Numbered from the stretch's first letter, positions 28,902 to 39,231 are shown. The stretch is 64,000 bases of DNA from Candidatus Heimdallarchaeum aukensis (GCA_021513695.1 CP084166.1:2944001-3008000); one strand, 5' to 3'. Notes: generated from the sequence alone by a model not told the origin. A program made the numbers and translations.

Positions 28902-29984
28902 ATGAGAAACAAGGTTAGATTTTTCTTTAGTTTCTTATCAATTATAATCACTATTGTTTGTATATTGACCACTTTAGAATATACAACAGTGGGTAACAGA
29001 TCTCCAACTTCGACACAGATAATAATTATGAGTGATAGTGACTTTGATACATATGGTTTTCCTGGTTCTGGTTCATTGAAAGATCCTTATATCATTGAAG
29101 GTCTTAACATCGTAGGTGATGGTGATATAGGTATATACATCGCTAACACTTATATTTCCTATTATATCATTCGCGACTGTGTGATTCAAGGCTATGATTT
29201 CGGGATAGTGATTGACAGTAGTTATAAAACAGCTAGTATTGAAAACTGTGAGATTAACGTTAACTCGGTAGGAATAACCGTTATACAAAGTGCTAGTTTT
29301 TATGTAATAAATAACACTGTTCAAGCAAATTCTGCTGGTATTACTGTTGATGCTGGATATAATGCAATAGTTAATAACACAATTGTCGATACACCTTATG
29401 GTATTACAGCTTCACTTGTAGCAAAAGAAGGATTGATTTTAAATAATACAATCATCAATGCAGAGTGGGGAATAACAACAGATATTGAAGTAAAGAATAC
29501 TCAGATATGCTGGAATAGTATTATTAACGTATACTTTGCAGGTATAGGTATTAATACAGTGGATGATGTAACTAATTTAACAATACATCATAACACAATA
29601 ATTGCTGGAGAACAATTTGATTATAAAACGTTAGGAAGACAAGAAGGCGTTAATGATCAAGTATTTTGGTATGATAGCGAAACAAACGAAGGTAACTATT
29701 GGTCAGATTGGAGTCAAGTTGGTGAGTATGATATTTTAGATATTCAAGATGAAAAAACAAATAGTGATCTATATCCCCTAACAGAAGCACCAACACCACA
29801 AAATGCATTTCCGAGTCTTCCTATAAATCCTGAAGATAAAGTAGAACCAACTACTCCAAGCCCAACTTCAAATGATAACGGCGAAGAAGATACAAATAGT
29901 TTAACAATTAACATTAGTATTATCCTGATATCTTCAGTAATAATTACACTAATTAGGTCTAGAAAACTAAAAAAACGACATTAA
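28902..29984 (+). CDS. Secreted right-handed parallel beta-helix (PbH1/NosD-like) repeat protein with Thr/Pro linker and C-terminal TM anchor
   Basis: N-terminal signal/TM helix. Repeated GI(T/Y)... (N/D)NT(I/V) motifs (GITVIQSASFYVINNTVQANSAGITVDAGYNAIVNNTIVDTPYGITA) typical of PbH1 repeats. Linker EAPTPQNAFPSLPINPEDKVEPTTPSPTS, then a TM helix plus RKLKKRH. Confidence 0.7.
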   Translation: MRNKVRFFFSFLSIIITIVCILTTLEYTTVGNRSPTSTQIIIMSDSDFDTYGFPGSGSLKDPYIIEGLNIVGDGDIGIYIANTYISYYIIRDCVIQGYDFGIVIDSSYKTASIENCEINVNSVGITVIQSASFYVINNTVQANSAGITVDAGYNAIVNNTIVDTPYGITASLVAKEGLILNNTIINAEWGITTDIEVKNTQICWNSIINVYFAGIGINTVDDVTNLTIHHNTIIAGEQFDYKTLGRQEGVNDQVFWYDSETNEGNYWSDWSQVGEYDILDIQDEKTNSDLYPLTEAPTPQNAFPSLPINPEDKVEPTTPSPTSNDNGEEDTNSLTINISIILISSVIITLIRSRKLKKRH

Positions 29985-30315
29985 TAAGCAAATTCTAATA
30001 ATTTCTTATTTTTAGTTCATTTTTTCAAAATTTTGTCATATTAATAATTTTTTGTAACAAGTTTTATTTTATTAATTTCAGTTAGCAAACACGCAAACAC
30101 GCAAAAAACGAATAGATTAAATCAAAAATAAAAGAAAAAAGAAATTAAGGCAGTGAAACAGCTAAATTTTTCTTCTAGTCTTTAATTTCATTTTAAGATT
30201 GCTGTTATTAAATAGAAAACGATTGAAAAATAAACAAATTTAGCATCTGAATTGAGCAATAGTAATTTTTACAAAAAGAATATTTAAATATCTACAAATA
30301 ATTTTTTATAATGGA

Positions 30316-30501
30316 ATGAGTGAAATAACTGTGAAATTAAATATTTCAGAAAAGATTCTTCAAAAAGTTGATATTGATTCTATAATTAAAAGAATAGAAA
30401 AAGAGATATTGTTAGAATACAATCTAAATGAACTTCAGGGCTCTATGAAAGATAAAAATCTTGATGTTTTATTAGACGAGGTTGAAGAAGAGTGGAGTTA
30501 A
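30316..30501 (+). CDS. Hypothetical small acidic protein (61 aa). In frame with the downstream gene, separated only by TAA.
   Basis: Coding-like composition; stop TAA at 30499-30501. Confidence 0.35.
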   Translation: MSEITVKLNISEKILQKVDIDSIIKRIEKEILLEYNLNELQGSMKDKNLDVLLDEVEEEWS

Positions 30502-31689
30502 TTGATGACTCGCCTTTTTATTACTGAGAACATTTCAAGAGAAGCAGAGGAAGATCTTGAGCGATTGTTGTTGTCAGTTGATAAACGAGCTGAGTTATTT
30601 AATTACTCTCCTTTTATTCTCAGGATAGTTAATGAACTACTATTAGAACAAGGTTATACTGTAGGTCTAGGTTATAAATCTACACGAACAATTATTGACA
30701 ATTATTGGAAAGGCATTCGTCTTCCTATTCAAAGTGATGTTATTATAAGAATTACAGACAGAGTTAACATAGATTATTTTTGGGGTATAGTTGTCCTTCT
30801 AAGAGATAGAGTTGTTCACAATAAGATGTGGGCTGACCTTTACTCAATAACTAAGTTAAAACCTAAAAATGATCTAATTTTCCGCGGGATTTTTTCTAAT
30901 TTTGAAGAAAATGCTCTTAATTCGGTAGTGGAACAAATAAAATCTATAGTTGATAAGCACTCTTTAAGTTGTAAAATTGAGAACTATACTCTCTACAAAA
31001 GAACTAAGATAGTTGAAGATAAGGTTGTAGACCTTTATTTACCTTCAGATACTTCTTTTTCTTGTAAAATGTGCTCGATATGTGAGCTCCCTAGTAATTA
31101 TTCAATTAATCCTATTCCAAACAAATCTACTCAACATTTTCAAAGTTTATTTACTTGTCAAAGAATAGGTTTTCCATCTAATTTAGCATGCCTTACTCTC
31201 CAAGAAGCAATTGAAATCTCGACAAAAAGACAGGAGAGGCTAGAAAAGTTCTGTAAACCTGTTATGTTTTCAAAAAATGAAGAAGGGGTCATAGTAGATT
31301 ACCAATTAGCTCTTAATCAGAATGACGGATTATGTATCTTTTTTGACAAAGACAAAGGATTATGTAAAATTCATGAGTACAAACCTTTGAATTGCTTTAG
31401 TTATCCTTTTCTTATCACGAAGATCAATGATACGCAAATTTCAATTGAGCTGGATTTTTCTTGTCCTGGATTGTTTAAAGGAAAAACTGACAATTTATCT
31501 TCCTTTTTGGAAGCTATTTATTTTCGACTACTTCAAGGAGATAACTCTAGGATTGAGTTTAATAATGTTTATTCACTAAAATGGGATCTATCATCTTATT
31601 TTGGCGATTACGAAAGAGTGAAAGAAGAAGATATTGAAGAAACTTTAGGTTATTTATATCAAAAATACAACCAATTTATTGAGAAATAA
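30502..31689 (+). CDS. Hypothetical protein with C-terminal YkgJ-like CxxCxxCC putative zinc/iron-chelating domain
   Basis: LNQNDGLCIFFDKDKGLCKIHEYKPLNCFSYPF matches the Cys spacing of the UPF0153/YkgJ family. The likely ATG start is at 30505. Confidence 0.5.
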   Translation: MMTRLFITENISREAEEDLERLLLSVDKRAELFNYSPFILRIVNELLLEQGYTVGLGYKSTRTIIDNYWKGIRLPIQSDVIIRITDRVNIDYFWGIVVLLRDRVVHNKMWADLYSITKLKPKNDLIFRGIFSNFEENALNSVVEQIKSIVDKHSLSCKIENYTLYKRTKIVEDKVVDLYLPSDTSFSCKMCSICELPSNYSINPIPNKSTQHFQSLFTCQRIGFPSNLACLTLQEAIEISTKRQERLEKFCKPVMFSKNEEGVIVDYQLALNQNDGLCIFFDKDKGLCKIHEYKPLNCFSYPFLITKINDTQISIELDFSCPGLFKGKTDNLSSFLEAIYFRLLQGDNSRIEFNNVYSLKWDLSSYFGDYERVKEEDIEETLGYLYQKYNQFIEK

Positions 31690-31796
31690 TTGTATCTATA
31701 CTTTTTGACTTCAAAGAATATAAGTAGAATGTTAAATGAGAAAAAGCTCTTTATTTTCTTTATTTAGAGTTGTTTAAAAAAAAAGAAAAAAATACT

Positions 31797-32861
31797 TTAC
31801 CAGAACCACAAATATTGGGAAGGAATGAATATATTTACTAATAATCCTAAGATAAGGGTGAGTCCTGAAAGTCGAATTAAATGAAATGCAAATCCTACAT
31901 ACCATAGAGGCCATATAGGCCAATCTTTTGGAGGTTCCTCTGGTTTAGGCTTTAGGTAGTTTTTTGTTACAAATATGTATCTTGGAATTGACAGAAATGT
32001 AAGTATTAACCCTATTCCTTGATATTTAAAAGCAATTAGTACTATTACCACTACATAAAATAAGCCCATTAGAACGATATTTATTATTCTTGCATTTTTT
32101 TCTCCTATAATGACAGGTAAAGTCTTTATTCCTTTTTTCTTATCTGGATCATGTTTATCTATATGCTTTCCAAATAGTATTGTTGTAACGATTAAAGCGT
32201 AGGGTATTGTTGCTATCCAGACCCAATAGGGAATTTGGCCTAAAGTTGTAACATAGAATGTTCCACCTATCATTAAAGGTCCCCAAATGATGAATACTGC
32301 TGGCTCTCCCAATCCATGTTTCTTCAAGTTTATAGGCGGTGCAACATAAAATACACTAATAAATATTCCAGCTAAAGCAAAGAATAAGACGTACCAGTTT
32401 ACTGTGAGCATAAAGTAAATTAAAATTCCAACATCTATAAGATTTAGAGCTAAAGCTAGAAGAATTAGATTTCTTTTTGAAATAAGTCCTGCTAAGATAG
32501 GATGAGGAGCATACATTGCTCTTGCATATTCGTCGTCATCTACACCTTGTTGTAGATCAAAGAAATCGTTGATTATATTATTTACAGCATGGGCAATAAC
32601 AATTCCTATAGTACTCAGTACCCAGTTTAACCAGCTTATTTGTTTTGTAAATGAAAGAGCTAATAATCCTCCGATAATTCCTGACATTAAAGTCATAGAA
32701 AAAACGCAGGAGCGGATAATAAGAAGAAATTTAGAAATAAGATCCATTTCAGCGTTTTCAGGTAAATTACATGAGTTAAGGATAGTTGACCACTTTTTCA
32801 AAAGTGAAGGTTTATTTGTTTTTTTTCTTGTATTCTCTTCTTCTGCCATTTTGCTATTCAT
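31797..32861 (-). CDS. UbiA-family membrane prenyltransferase
   Basis: Polytopic membrane protein with the Asp-rich motif NDFFDLQQGVDDD, typical of the UbiA family first loop, and a second DxxxD-like HIDKHDPD. Confidence 0.6.
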   Translation of the reverse strand: MNSKMAEEENTRKKTNKPSLLKKWSTILNSCNLPENAEMDLISKFLLIIRSCVFSMTLMSGIIGGLLALSFTKQISWLNWVLSTIGIVIAHAVNNIINDFFDLQQGVDDDEYARAMYAPHPILAGLISKRNLILLALALNLIDVGILIYFMLTVNWYVLFFALAGIFISVFYVAPPINLKKHGLGEPAVFIIWGPLMIGGTFYVTTLGQIPYWVWIATIPYALIVTTILFGKHIDKHDPDKKKGIKTLPVIIGEKNARIINIVLMGLFYVVVIVLIAFKYQGIGLILTFLSIPRYIFVTKNYLKPKPEEPPKDWPIWPLWYVGFAFHLIRLSGLTLILGLLVNIFIPSQYLWFW

Positions 32862-32929
32862 GTTGGTTAAAAAAAAAATAGTACGTTAAAAAGATTATTA
32901 GATAAAAAAAAAGAAAAGAGAAAGAATCA

Positions 32930-34795
32930 TCATCTTTTTTTTCTTCTTGAAACTAGAGAAACTCCAACAACTGAAAATATTACAACCAGAAATGTCCATC
33001 CAGGTAGATCAAATGTTATTGTAGTAGTTCCTGTTTCGGTGTCTTCATTGTTTTTTATCTCGAATGGTTTATCTGACATATCCTCGGCCATCAAACCATC
33101 TTCAGTCTGTGCTACAACCTTAATAAGATAATTTTCTCCGTCTTCAACTGTTGTTGTGTCCCACAAGAGTAAAGGAACAACAGCTCCTTCAGATAATAGA
33201 TTCCAGCTTATTCCTTTATCTCTAGAGTAGTAAACATCATAAATTATGTCTTTTCCAAAAGAATCTTTTGCTTCTATCCATTCTATCCTAGCTGTTCCTG
33301 ACAAGATCTCTCCCCCATTCGGACTCACGATTCTTGGTGGAATTAAGTAATGTTCTTGTGTTCTATTGTTTATTATTGTAATTATAGGGTAATAGTCAAA
33401 ATTGTTAGCTGAACCATCAATTAAATAAGGTTCGTCAGCAATATTGTCGTTATTTTCATCTTGATTGGAATGATCTGACCAGTAATTATTGCTAAAACTA
33501 TTGCTATTGCCATTGTCTGCTGCCTGAGAGAATCCGAATTCCTTACTATTATTTATAAAATCATTAAAATAGACGGTAATGTCACCTTGTTCATTTTCAT
33601 CAACAATTTGAAGACCTCTATCATCGGAATTTTGAATAACATTGTTAGAAATTGCAACATCTCCTGTATCAAATAATGATATACCTATTTTATTGTCAAC
33701 AATTATGTTATCAAAGATGGTAACATTATCGCAGTTAGAACCAAGATTTATAGCAGAACCACTTCCTTTCTCGTTACCCACATCTATTCCATTATTAAAC
33801 AGGAAATTATTGTAAATGAGCAGATTCTTAGCTTCATGGAATGACAAAGCAGAGAATGGATCTGGAGCACCTGACATTGTATTGTTGAAAATTGATGTTT
33901 CGCCGTTAGAATCAACAAGAACAAAACAGTCTTTTATGGGATCAATTATTATATTATTGTAAATTTTGATTAATCCTTGAATTGCATAGAACATTCCTGT
34001 TTCAGCATTTTGAACATAATTACCTTCAACTAAGGCATAGAACTCCTCTCTAGTATGGACTTCAATTCCATTGTATCCTGCGTTTGTAACATAATTATTC
34101 GAGACTTTGGAAACTAAAGTACGTGTTCCTCTGTTCCCAATTTTTTCTTTTATATTAGCTTTCTCTTCTATTTGTTCAAATTTATTATAATAGGCTGGAT
34201 GGCAAACAATTCCGCTTTCAGAGACATCATTTATTTTATTGTTGTTAATTGTTATATCTTCACAATCAACACTGTAAATACCAATTGAAGATTGTACTAT
34301 TGAACATTTTTCAATTACAATTTTATTACAATATTCAATGAGTATTCCTGCATTCTCTGTTTCAGAAGCAACTACATTAACTATCTTTGCATTTTCTAAA
34401 TTAGAGAATTTTATAGAGTGTTTTCCTCCTGAAATAGTGCAAGAGTCAATAATAAAGTATACCTCTGTATTAACAATGAATATCCCTATCTCATTTTCAG
34501 GAGTCGATATGTTTAATCCTGAAATAATAAAGGGATCCCCAGATGTTCCACTTCCTGACCAGCTTTCATTTTCTGCTTTGTTGATAAAGTCAACATCTCC
34601 ATTAATATAGATTGTAGAAGAAGAAAAAGAAATCTGCTCAATTGGACTATATGAACAGTTACTTTGATTATAATCAGCTGAAGAAAAGAAGATGCTACAA
34701 CAGAGAAATGAAACAGAAAAGAGTAAAACAAGTTCCAATTTAAGAATAGAAGAAAAAAAAAATTTTTTATTTTTATCTTTTTTTATTGATTTCAT
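32930..34795 (-). CDS. Secreted parallel beta-helix repeat protein (paralog of 28902-29984) with an Ig/FN3-like domain and a PGW...RRKKR C-terminal anchor
   Basis: The N-terminal DPFIISGLNI...GIFIVNT region parallels the 28902 protein. Multiple PbH1-like repeats. The C-terminal end is TTITFDLPGWTFLVVIFSVVGVSLVSRRKKR. Confidence 0.7.
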   Translation of the reverse strand: MKSIKKDKNKKFFFSSILKLELVLLFSVSFLCCSIFFSSADYNQSNCSYSPIEQISFSSSTIYINGDVDFINKAENESWSGSGTSGDPFIISGLNISTPENEIGIFIVNTEVYFIIDSCTISGGKHSIKFSNLENAKIVNVVASETENAGILIEYCNKIVIEKCSIVQSSIGIYSVDCEDITINNNKINDVSESGIVCHPAYYNKFEQIEEKANIKEKIGNRGTRTLVSKVSNNYVTNAGYNGIEVHTREEFYALVEGNYVQNAETGMFYAIQGLIKIYNNIIIDPIKDCFVLVDSNGETSIFNNTMSGAPDPFSALSFHEAKNLLIYNNFLFNNGIDVGNEKGSGSAINLGSNCDNVTIFDNIIVDNKIGISLFDTGDVAISNNVIQNSDDRGLQIVDENEQGDITVYFNDFINNSKEFGFSQAADNGNSNSFSNNYWSDHSNQDENNDNIADEPYLIDGSANNFDYYPIITIINNRTQEHYLIPPRIVSPNGGEILSGTARIEWIEAKDSFGKDIIYDVYYSRDKGISWNLLSEGAVVPLLLWDTTTVEDGENYLIKVVAQTEDGLMAEDMSDKPFEIKNNEDTETGTTTITFDLPGWTFLVVIFSVVGVSLVSRRKKR

Positions 34796-34909
34796 AATTT
34801 ACCACCATTCAAAATTTAAATATTTCAGAAAAAGAATGGTTTACAGTAAACATGTTGGGAAATATTATATAACTTTTTTTAAAAAAATAGTTGTTCTTAA
34901 AAAAGAGAG

Positions 34910-35470
34910 TTATTTTCCTCTCGTTACTGCTGTAGAAAGTTTAATTCCTGTTTTTCCTAAAAAGAGAGAACCAACATTCATCAAAATGTTAATCAAAATT
35001 AGTATAATATACAAAGTTTTTGAACTATCAAAAACAAATATTAAAACTGAGCTAATAATAGAGAGAACTAAAGCTGAACTTCCTACAGAGATTTTCAACT
35101 TTAGAAAAGGGGTTTTTAGTTTTTTGTATCTTGTTTTTGCGTCAAATATCCCAGTAAAAATGGCTAGTAGGAAAACTATATCTAATAATAGATATGCAAT
35201 TCTAATTATAATATCTATAGTTGTAAGTGTTTTTTCAATAAGAATAAATCTCACTACTAATAATAGTAAAAGCGTTGGTACATATGATTGAGGGAAATGA
35301 ACGATAATTTGATGAAAATGATAATCGAGCATCTTCTTTCTTTTTTCAGAGATCGTTAGCTCATAGGGTTCAAATGCCTTTGCCTTTGCTCCACAAGTAG
35401 GACAATAATCTTTTATTTCCCCTTCTGTTGTTATATAACCACAAACTTTACAACGAATATATTTAGTCAA
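34910..35470 (-). CDS. Membrane protein with N-terminal rubredoxin-like zinc ribbon
   Basis: CKVCGYITTEGEIKDYCPTCG (CxxC...CxxC) followed by 3-4 TM helices. The overlapping + ORF 34692-35291 is judged spurious. Confidence 0.5.
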   Translation of the reverse strand: MTKYIRCKVCGYITTEGEIKDYCPTCGAKAKAFEPYELTISEKRKKMLDYHFHQIIVHFPQSYVPTLLLLLVVRFILIEKTLTTIDIIIRIAYLLLDIVFLLAIFTGIFDAKTRYKKLKTPFLKLKISVGSSALVLSIISSVLIFVFDSSKTLYIILILINILMNVGSLFLGKTGIKLSTAVTRGK

Positions 35471-35562
35471 AGTTAATCGTCATAGAATCCTTTTTCATAA
35501 TTAAAAAATATTTGGATTAGACTTTTTGTTCTGTGCTTTGAAATAGAAAAATGAAAAAAAGA

Positions 35563-36819
35563 CTAAATTTTGTCTATTATCCAGAAAACCCAATAAACTA
35601 TTATGAAAATTACTCCTATTACACTCACTATTCGTTTTTTACCTTCTAAAAGTTTGATTGCAGACAAATTCACAGCTCCAAAAATAAGCATAAATATCAA
35701 ACTAGCTGCAGTAGCTACTGTTTCAATGTCGAAGAACAAAATGAATATTATGCTCATTACTCCTGAAATAATGATTGCTCGGGTGGGTACTCTAGTTTTG
35801 CTATTTATTTCTGCAATTTTTGCAGGTATAACTCCTTCATGACTTAGCATGTATGATAGACGGGAAGAACCTAGTAATGTTGCATTTATTGCTGAGGCTG
35901 TGGATATTATTGCAGCTCCGGCCATAAGAAACGTTCCTGCAATTGGCAGAAAAGATTGAGCTGAGACAGTGAGAATTACCTCTCCCATTTCTTCATCAAT
36001 ATTTCCCATTCCTAAAACGCCTACAGTAACAATTGCAACAGAAACATAGATTATAAGGACTATAATTATTGAAACGAACATACCTATGGGTAGATCTCTT
36101 TGAGGATTTTTCATCTCTTCTACAGAATTTGTAAGAATCTCAAATCCTTCCATTGCAACGAAGATTAATACAGAGCTAATTAAAACCCCGTAAACTCCAG
36201 CATCACTAAAAAAAGGTTGAAAGTTTGAACTCTTAACTGCAGTTAATCCCATAATAACGTAAATTAACAAAATTGTTACTTTTAGAAAAACAAGAAAATT
36301 TTGCATTTTTGATGATTCTTTTACTCCTAGGAGATTAATTGCTATGAAAAGGGTTATACTCAATAATTGAAATGCAAAAGCAAGTATTGGTGTATTTAAA
36401 AAAGCTGGAAAAAGGATTTTTGGATTTAAGAAAGGTTTATGACCAAAATTAAAAATCTCAGCAAAATACCTGCCAAAAGTCATTGCGTATAAACTGACAG
36501 AAAAGCTATAACCTAACCACAGCAGAATGCCTAGACTTCCAGAAAAGATCTTGGATTTAAAAGCTTCTTTAGCGTAGATGAAAGCTCCTCCTGCTTTAGG
36601 ATATTTTAGAGCTAAAAAAGTATAACTATACGCTGTAAAAGTACTAACAACACCAGCAAGGATAAAAGCTAAAAAAGCGGCAGGCCCACTTTTAATAATT
36701 ACCAGACCTAGAATTGAAAATACTCCACCACCGATGAGTGCTCCAATAGCTATTCCTAGTGCCTCTTTTAGGCCTAGCTCTTTAGATAACTCAATCGGCG
36801 CTCCTTCTTGTGTGTCCAT
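35563..36819 (-). CDS. APC-family amino acid permease
   Basis: 418 aa with about 12 TM helices and an N-terminal GIAIGALIGGGVFSILG motif typical of amino acid/polyamine/organocation transporters. Confidence 0.8.
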   Translation of the reverse strand: MDTQEGAPIELSKELGLKEALGIAIGALIGGGVFSILGLVIIKSGPAAFLAFILAGVVSTFTAYSYTFLALKYPKAGGAFIYAKEAFKSKIFSGSLGILLWLGYSFSVSLYAMTFGRYFAEIFNFGHKPFLNPKILFPAFLNTPILAFAFQLLSITLFIAINLLGVKESSKMQNFLVFLKVTILLIYVIMGLTAVKSSNFQPFFSDAGVYGVLISSVLIFVAMEGFEILTNSVEEMKNPQRDLPIGMFVSIIIVLIIYVSVAIVTVGVLGMGNIDEEMGEVILTVSAQSFLPIAGTFLMAGAAIISTASAINATLLGSSRLSYMLSHEGVIPAKIAEINSKTRVPTRAIIISGVMSIIFILFFDIETVATAASLIFMLIFGAVNLSAIKLLEGKKRIVSVIGVIFIIVYWVFWIIDKI

Positions 36820-36956
36820 AAAATCAACTATGTTCGCAAATATTTACGATTTAAGAATTTTGCGATAATAAAAAATATAGTGCTAAAATTTGAATTTTAG
36901 TAGATTAAAAAAAGAGGAAGTGTAGTTTATGAAAAACCACACTCTTAATAAATGAA

Positions 36957-37301
36957 CTATAAACCAGCAATTACTAGAAGTATTCCTGCGATAAGAACTA
37001 GTATTGCTACTAGTCCTCCACCTATAATACCTAATATTATAAAAATTATTCCTGTAACTAATTCTTTAAGTCCGAATCTGCCTAATGAAATCAATATTGT
37101 TATAGCACCGACGGCTATTAAAATAATAGCTGCAATAATTGCATTTGCTAGGTTTCCCCCTAATGATAATGATGTAAATAAACTTACGATACTAGAAAGG
37201 ATATCTCCTAATAGCATAAGAACTCCGAGTGCGACCCATAAAATCCCACCAATTAAAGCTAGTATTCTCCCCCACTTCGCTATGTTAGCTTTTTTTGCCA
37301 T
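36957..37301 (-). CDS. Hypothetical small membrane protein
   Basis: 114 aa, glycine/isoleucine-rich, with 3 TM helices. The + strand alternative 36952-37323 is proline/isoleucine-rich and less protein-like. Confidence 0.35.
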   Translation of the reverse strand: MAKKANIAKWGRILALIGGILWVALGVLMLLGDILSSIVSLFTSLSLGGNLANAIIAAIILIAVGAITILISLGRFGLKELVTGIIFIILGIIGGGLVAILVLIAGILLVIAGL

Positions 37302-37382
37302 TGTAAATAAAACTATATTTTAACTGTTAAAAAACCTTTCTCGATGAAGGTTTCTTCCAATTTTTTTTATAAACATGTTGTT

Positions 37383-38270
37383 TTATGATTGTTGCATATG
37401 ATGGATTACTATACTTGGATTTAATAGCTTATCTCTGATCTTACAAGATAATGGACGTGAAAGAAAATTAAAAAATGATTCTTTTTTTGTTCTTCCAATT
37501 ATTACCAAATCGGGCTCATCTTTTTCAAAAATATATTCTAAAGTGCTAAAAACATCATGTCCTATTACTATTTTTGTTTTTAGTATTCTACCGAATATTT
37601 CCTCATATTGGTTGACATATTTTTCAAATTCCAAGTTTTCCTTTTTAATTTCTTTTTCATTTACTGCTTGATCAAGAGGAATGACTTCAGGGACAATATT
37701 TACATGGTATACATTAATTGTAGCACTTCTTTGGGGAGCAGCTATTGCTGATGCCCATCGTAAAAGAAAAGGATCTCGATTGGAGTAAGGTAAAAGAATA
37801 GCTATTTTTTTCATTTTTGTTGCTAGTTTTTCTAATTTTGGAGGGAAAACCTGTAAAACTTCTGCTTCGATATTTTTTATTACTTGATTAGAAACGCTGT
37901 TAACAACTATTTTATCAAAAAAAGATGGTTTTCGTCTTGCAGCCATAATAACTAATCTATATTTATGTTTGTTCCAATGTTCAATAATTGCTTTTGCAAT
38001 TTGTTTATTTTTAATATAAGTTAGATCGTAATTTATTTTGTACTTATTGAGTTTAGCGAGAAATTTATCAATGAAGGAATTTAAAGGTTTTCCAACATGA
38101 ATAATATCTAATTTTGCTCCATATTCATGAGCAATATAAAATGCTACATCCATTGCTGTTTTCTCAAAATTTTTCCCACCCAGTGGAAGCAAAATTTTGT
38201 CTAAAGTAATGAAAAATTCGTCTTGAAAATCAGGTTTTATTTTTCTTATAGTTTTTGCTTTGTTACTCAT
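37383..38270 (-). CDS. Tandem universal stress protein (UspA) domain protein
   Basis: Two Usp-like halves: KILLPLGG...LDIIHV...LVIMAARR, and KIAILLPYS...INVYHV...DLVIIGRTKKESFFNFLSRPLSCKIRDKLLNPSIVIH. Confidence 0.6.
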   Translation of the reverse strand: MSNKAKTIRKIKPDFQDEFFITLDKILLPLGGKNFEKTAMDVAFYIAHEYGAKLDIIHVGKPLNSFIDKFLAKLNKYKINYDLTYIKNKQIAKAIIEHWNKHKYRLVIMAARRKPSFFDKIVVNSVSNQVIKNIEAEVLQVFPPKLEKLATKMKKIAILLPYSNRDPFLLRWASAIAAPQRSATINVYHVNIVPEVIPLDQAVNEKEIKKENLEFEKYVNQYEEIFGRILKTKIVIGHDVFSTLEYIFEKDEPDLVIIGRTKKESFFNFLSRPLSCKIRDKLLNPSIVIHHMQQS

Positions 38271-38424
38271 TCATTGCTCCCAATAAAGAGGGACTTTGAT
38301 TTTATTTAAATTTATTCCTACATATGTAAGAATTATTCAACTAATTGAAAAAAGACTTTTCTACCTATTGTTTTTTTAAAAATCTACACAGAATATTTAA
38401 ATAAAAAAAAAGAATTAGGCTCTT

Positions 38425-39066
38425 ATGTCTTCGACAATTGTAAATCTATATCTGGGAGGATTAACTTTTAATAAGATTAAAGTTGATGAAACTGTTTCAA
38501 ACAAGTCAGTCACTTTACTATCATGGTTCGCTTTGTTTATTTACATGCTGCTTGAAGCAATTTTTTCAGTAATCGCGGGTAAACCTGCAGGACACAGTGC
38601 TTTTGCTCGTTATACAAACCTTTCTGGTTTTTGGTTATTTTTTGCTGTAATTGTTAGCTCGTTAATAGCTACAGTTGTTTTTGCAGCAATCTTATTAGGA
38701 CTCTTCAAACTATTCGAATTGACATGTGTCCTTATAAGACGATTATTTAAAACTGAGAAAGAAAGCAAAGAAGAAGTTAAAAAGATTAGTTTGACTTTTA
38801 ACGGTTTTATTAGAGTTGTTGCTGTGGGTGTAGTTTGGAAATATATTTCAGCAATAGGCGTTCTTTTCAGTGGCACCCCAAAAACTATAATAACGGGGCT
38901 AGGATACTTTATTTCACTATTTTGTATTGGCTTTGCATCAAAACGTTATAGTAAAAAATCAGTTTTTGTTGTAATCATAATTATGATTCTAGCATTCTTC
39001 ATAAGTTTCGCTTTAGGTGTTGTATGGAGCGACATATTAGAAAAGCTATTAGGTCTGACAAAATAA
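38425..39066 (+). CDS. Hypothetical polytopic membrane protein
   Basis: 213 aa with about 5 TM helices. Confidence 0.45.
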   Translation: MSSTIVNLYLGGLTFNKIKVDETVSNKSVTLLSWFALFIYMLLEAIFSVIAGKPAGHSAFARYTNLSGFWLFFAVIVSSLIATVVFAAILLGLFKLFELTCVLIRRLFKTEKESKEEVKKISLTFNGFIRVVAVGVVWKYISAIGVLFSGTPKTIITGLGYFISLFCIGFASKRYSKKSVFVVIIIMILAFFISFALGVVWSDILEKLLGLTK

Positions 39067-39121
39067 TAGAAAAAAAAAAGATATTTTTCATTCTACCTTT
39101 TTTAATACTTTTTTCTTAAAG

Positions 39122-39231
39122 TAGTACTTCCGAATTATCTCAAAAAGTATGAATTGAGAACACGCCAATGATAGTATGAACTCCTATAATTTTAACCTAT
39201 AGAAATCAGTCAACTTATTGCGGAAGTACTA
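39122..39231. repeat. 11-bp perfect inverted repeat (tagtacttccg / cggaagtacta) bracketing an 88-bp intergenic segment
   Basis: Arms at 39122-39132 and 39221-39231. Located between the convergent ends of the 38425 gene and purA. Confidence 0.6.

Noticed and set aside
34692-35291. 199-aa + ORF overlapping the rubredoxin-like membrane protein gene
   Set aside because: It overlaps almost entirely a minus-strand ORF that has a CxxC...CxxC ribbon plus TM helices, and it has no features of its own.
36952-37323. + strand 123-aa ORF overlapping the minus-strand small membrane protein
   Set aside because: The Pro/Ile-rich peptide has no helices or motifs. The minus-strand reading gives a coherent three-TM membrane protein.
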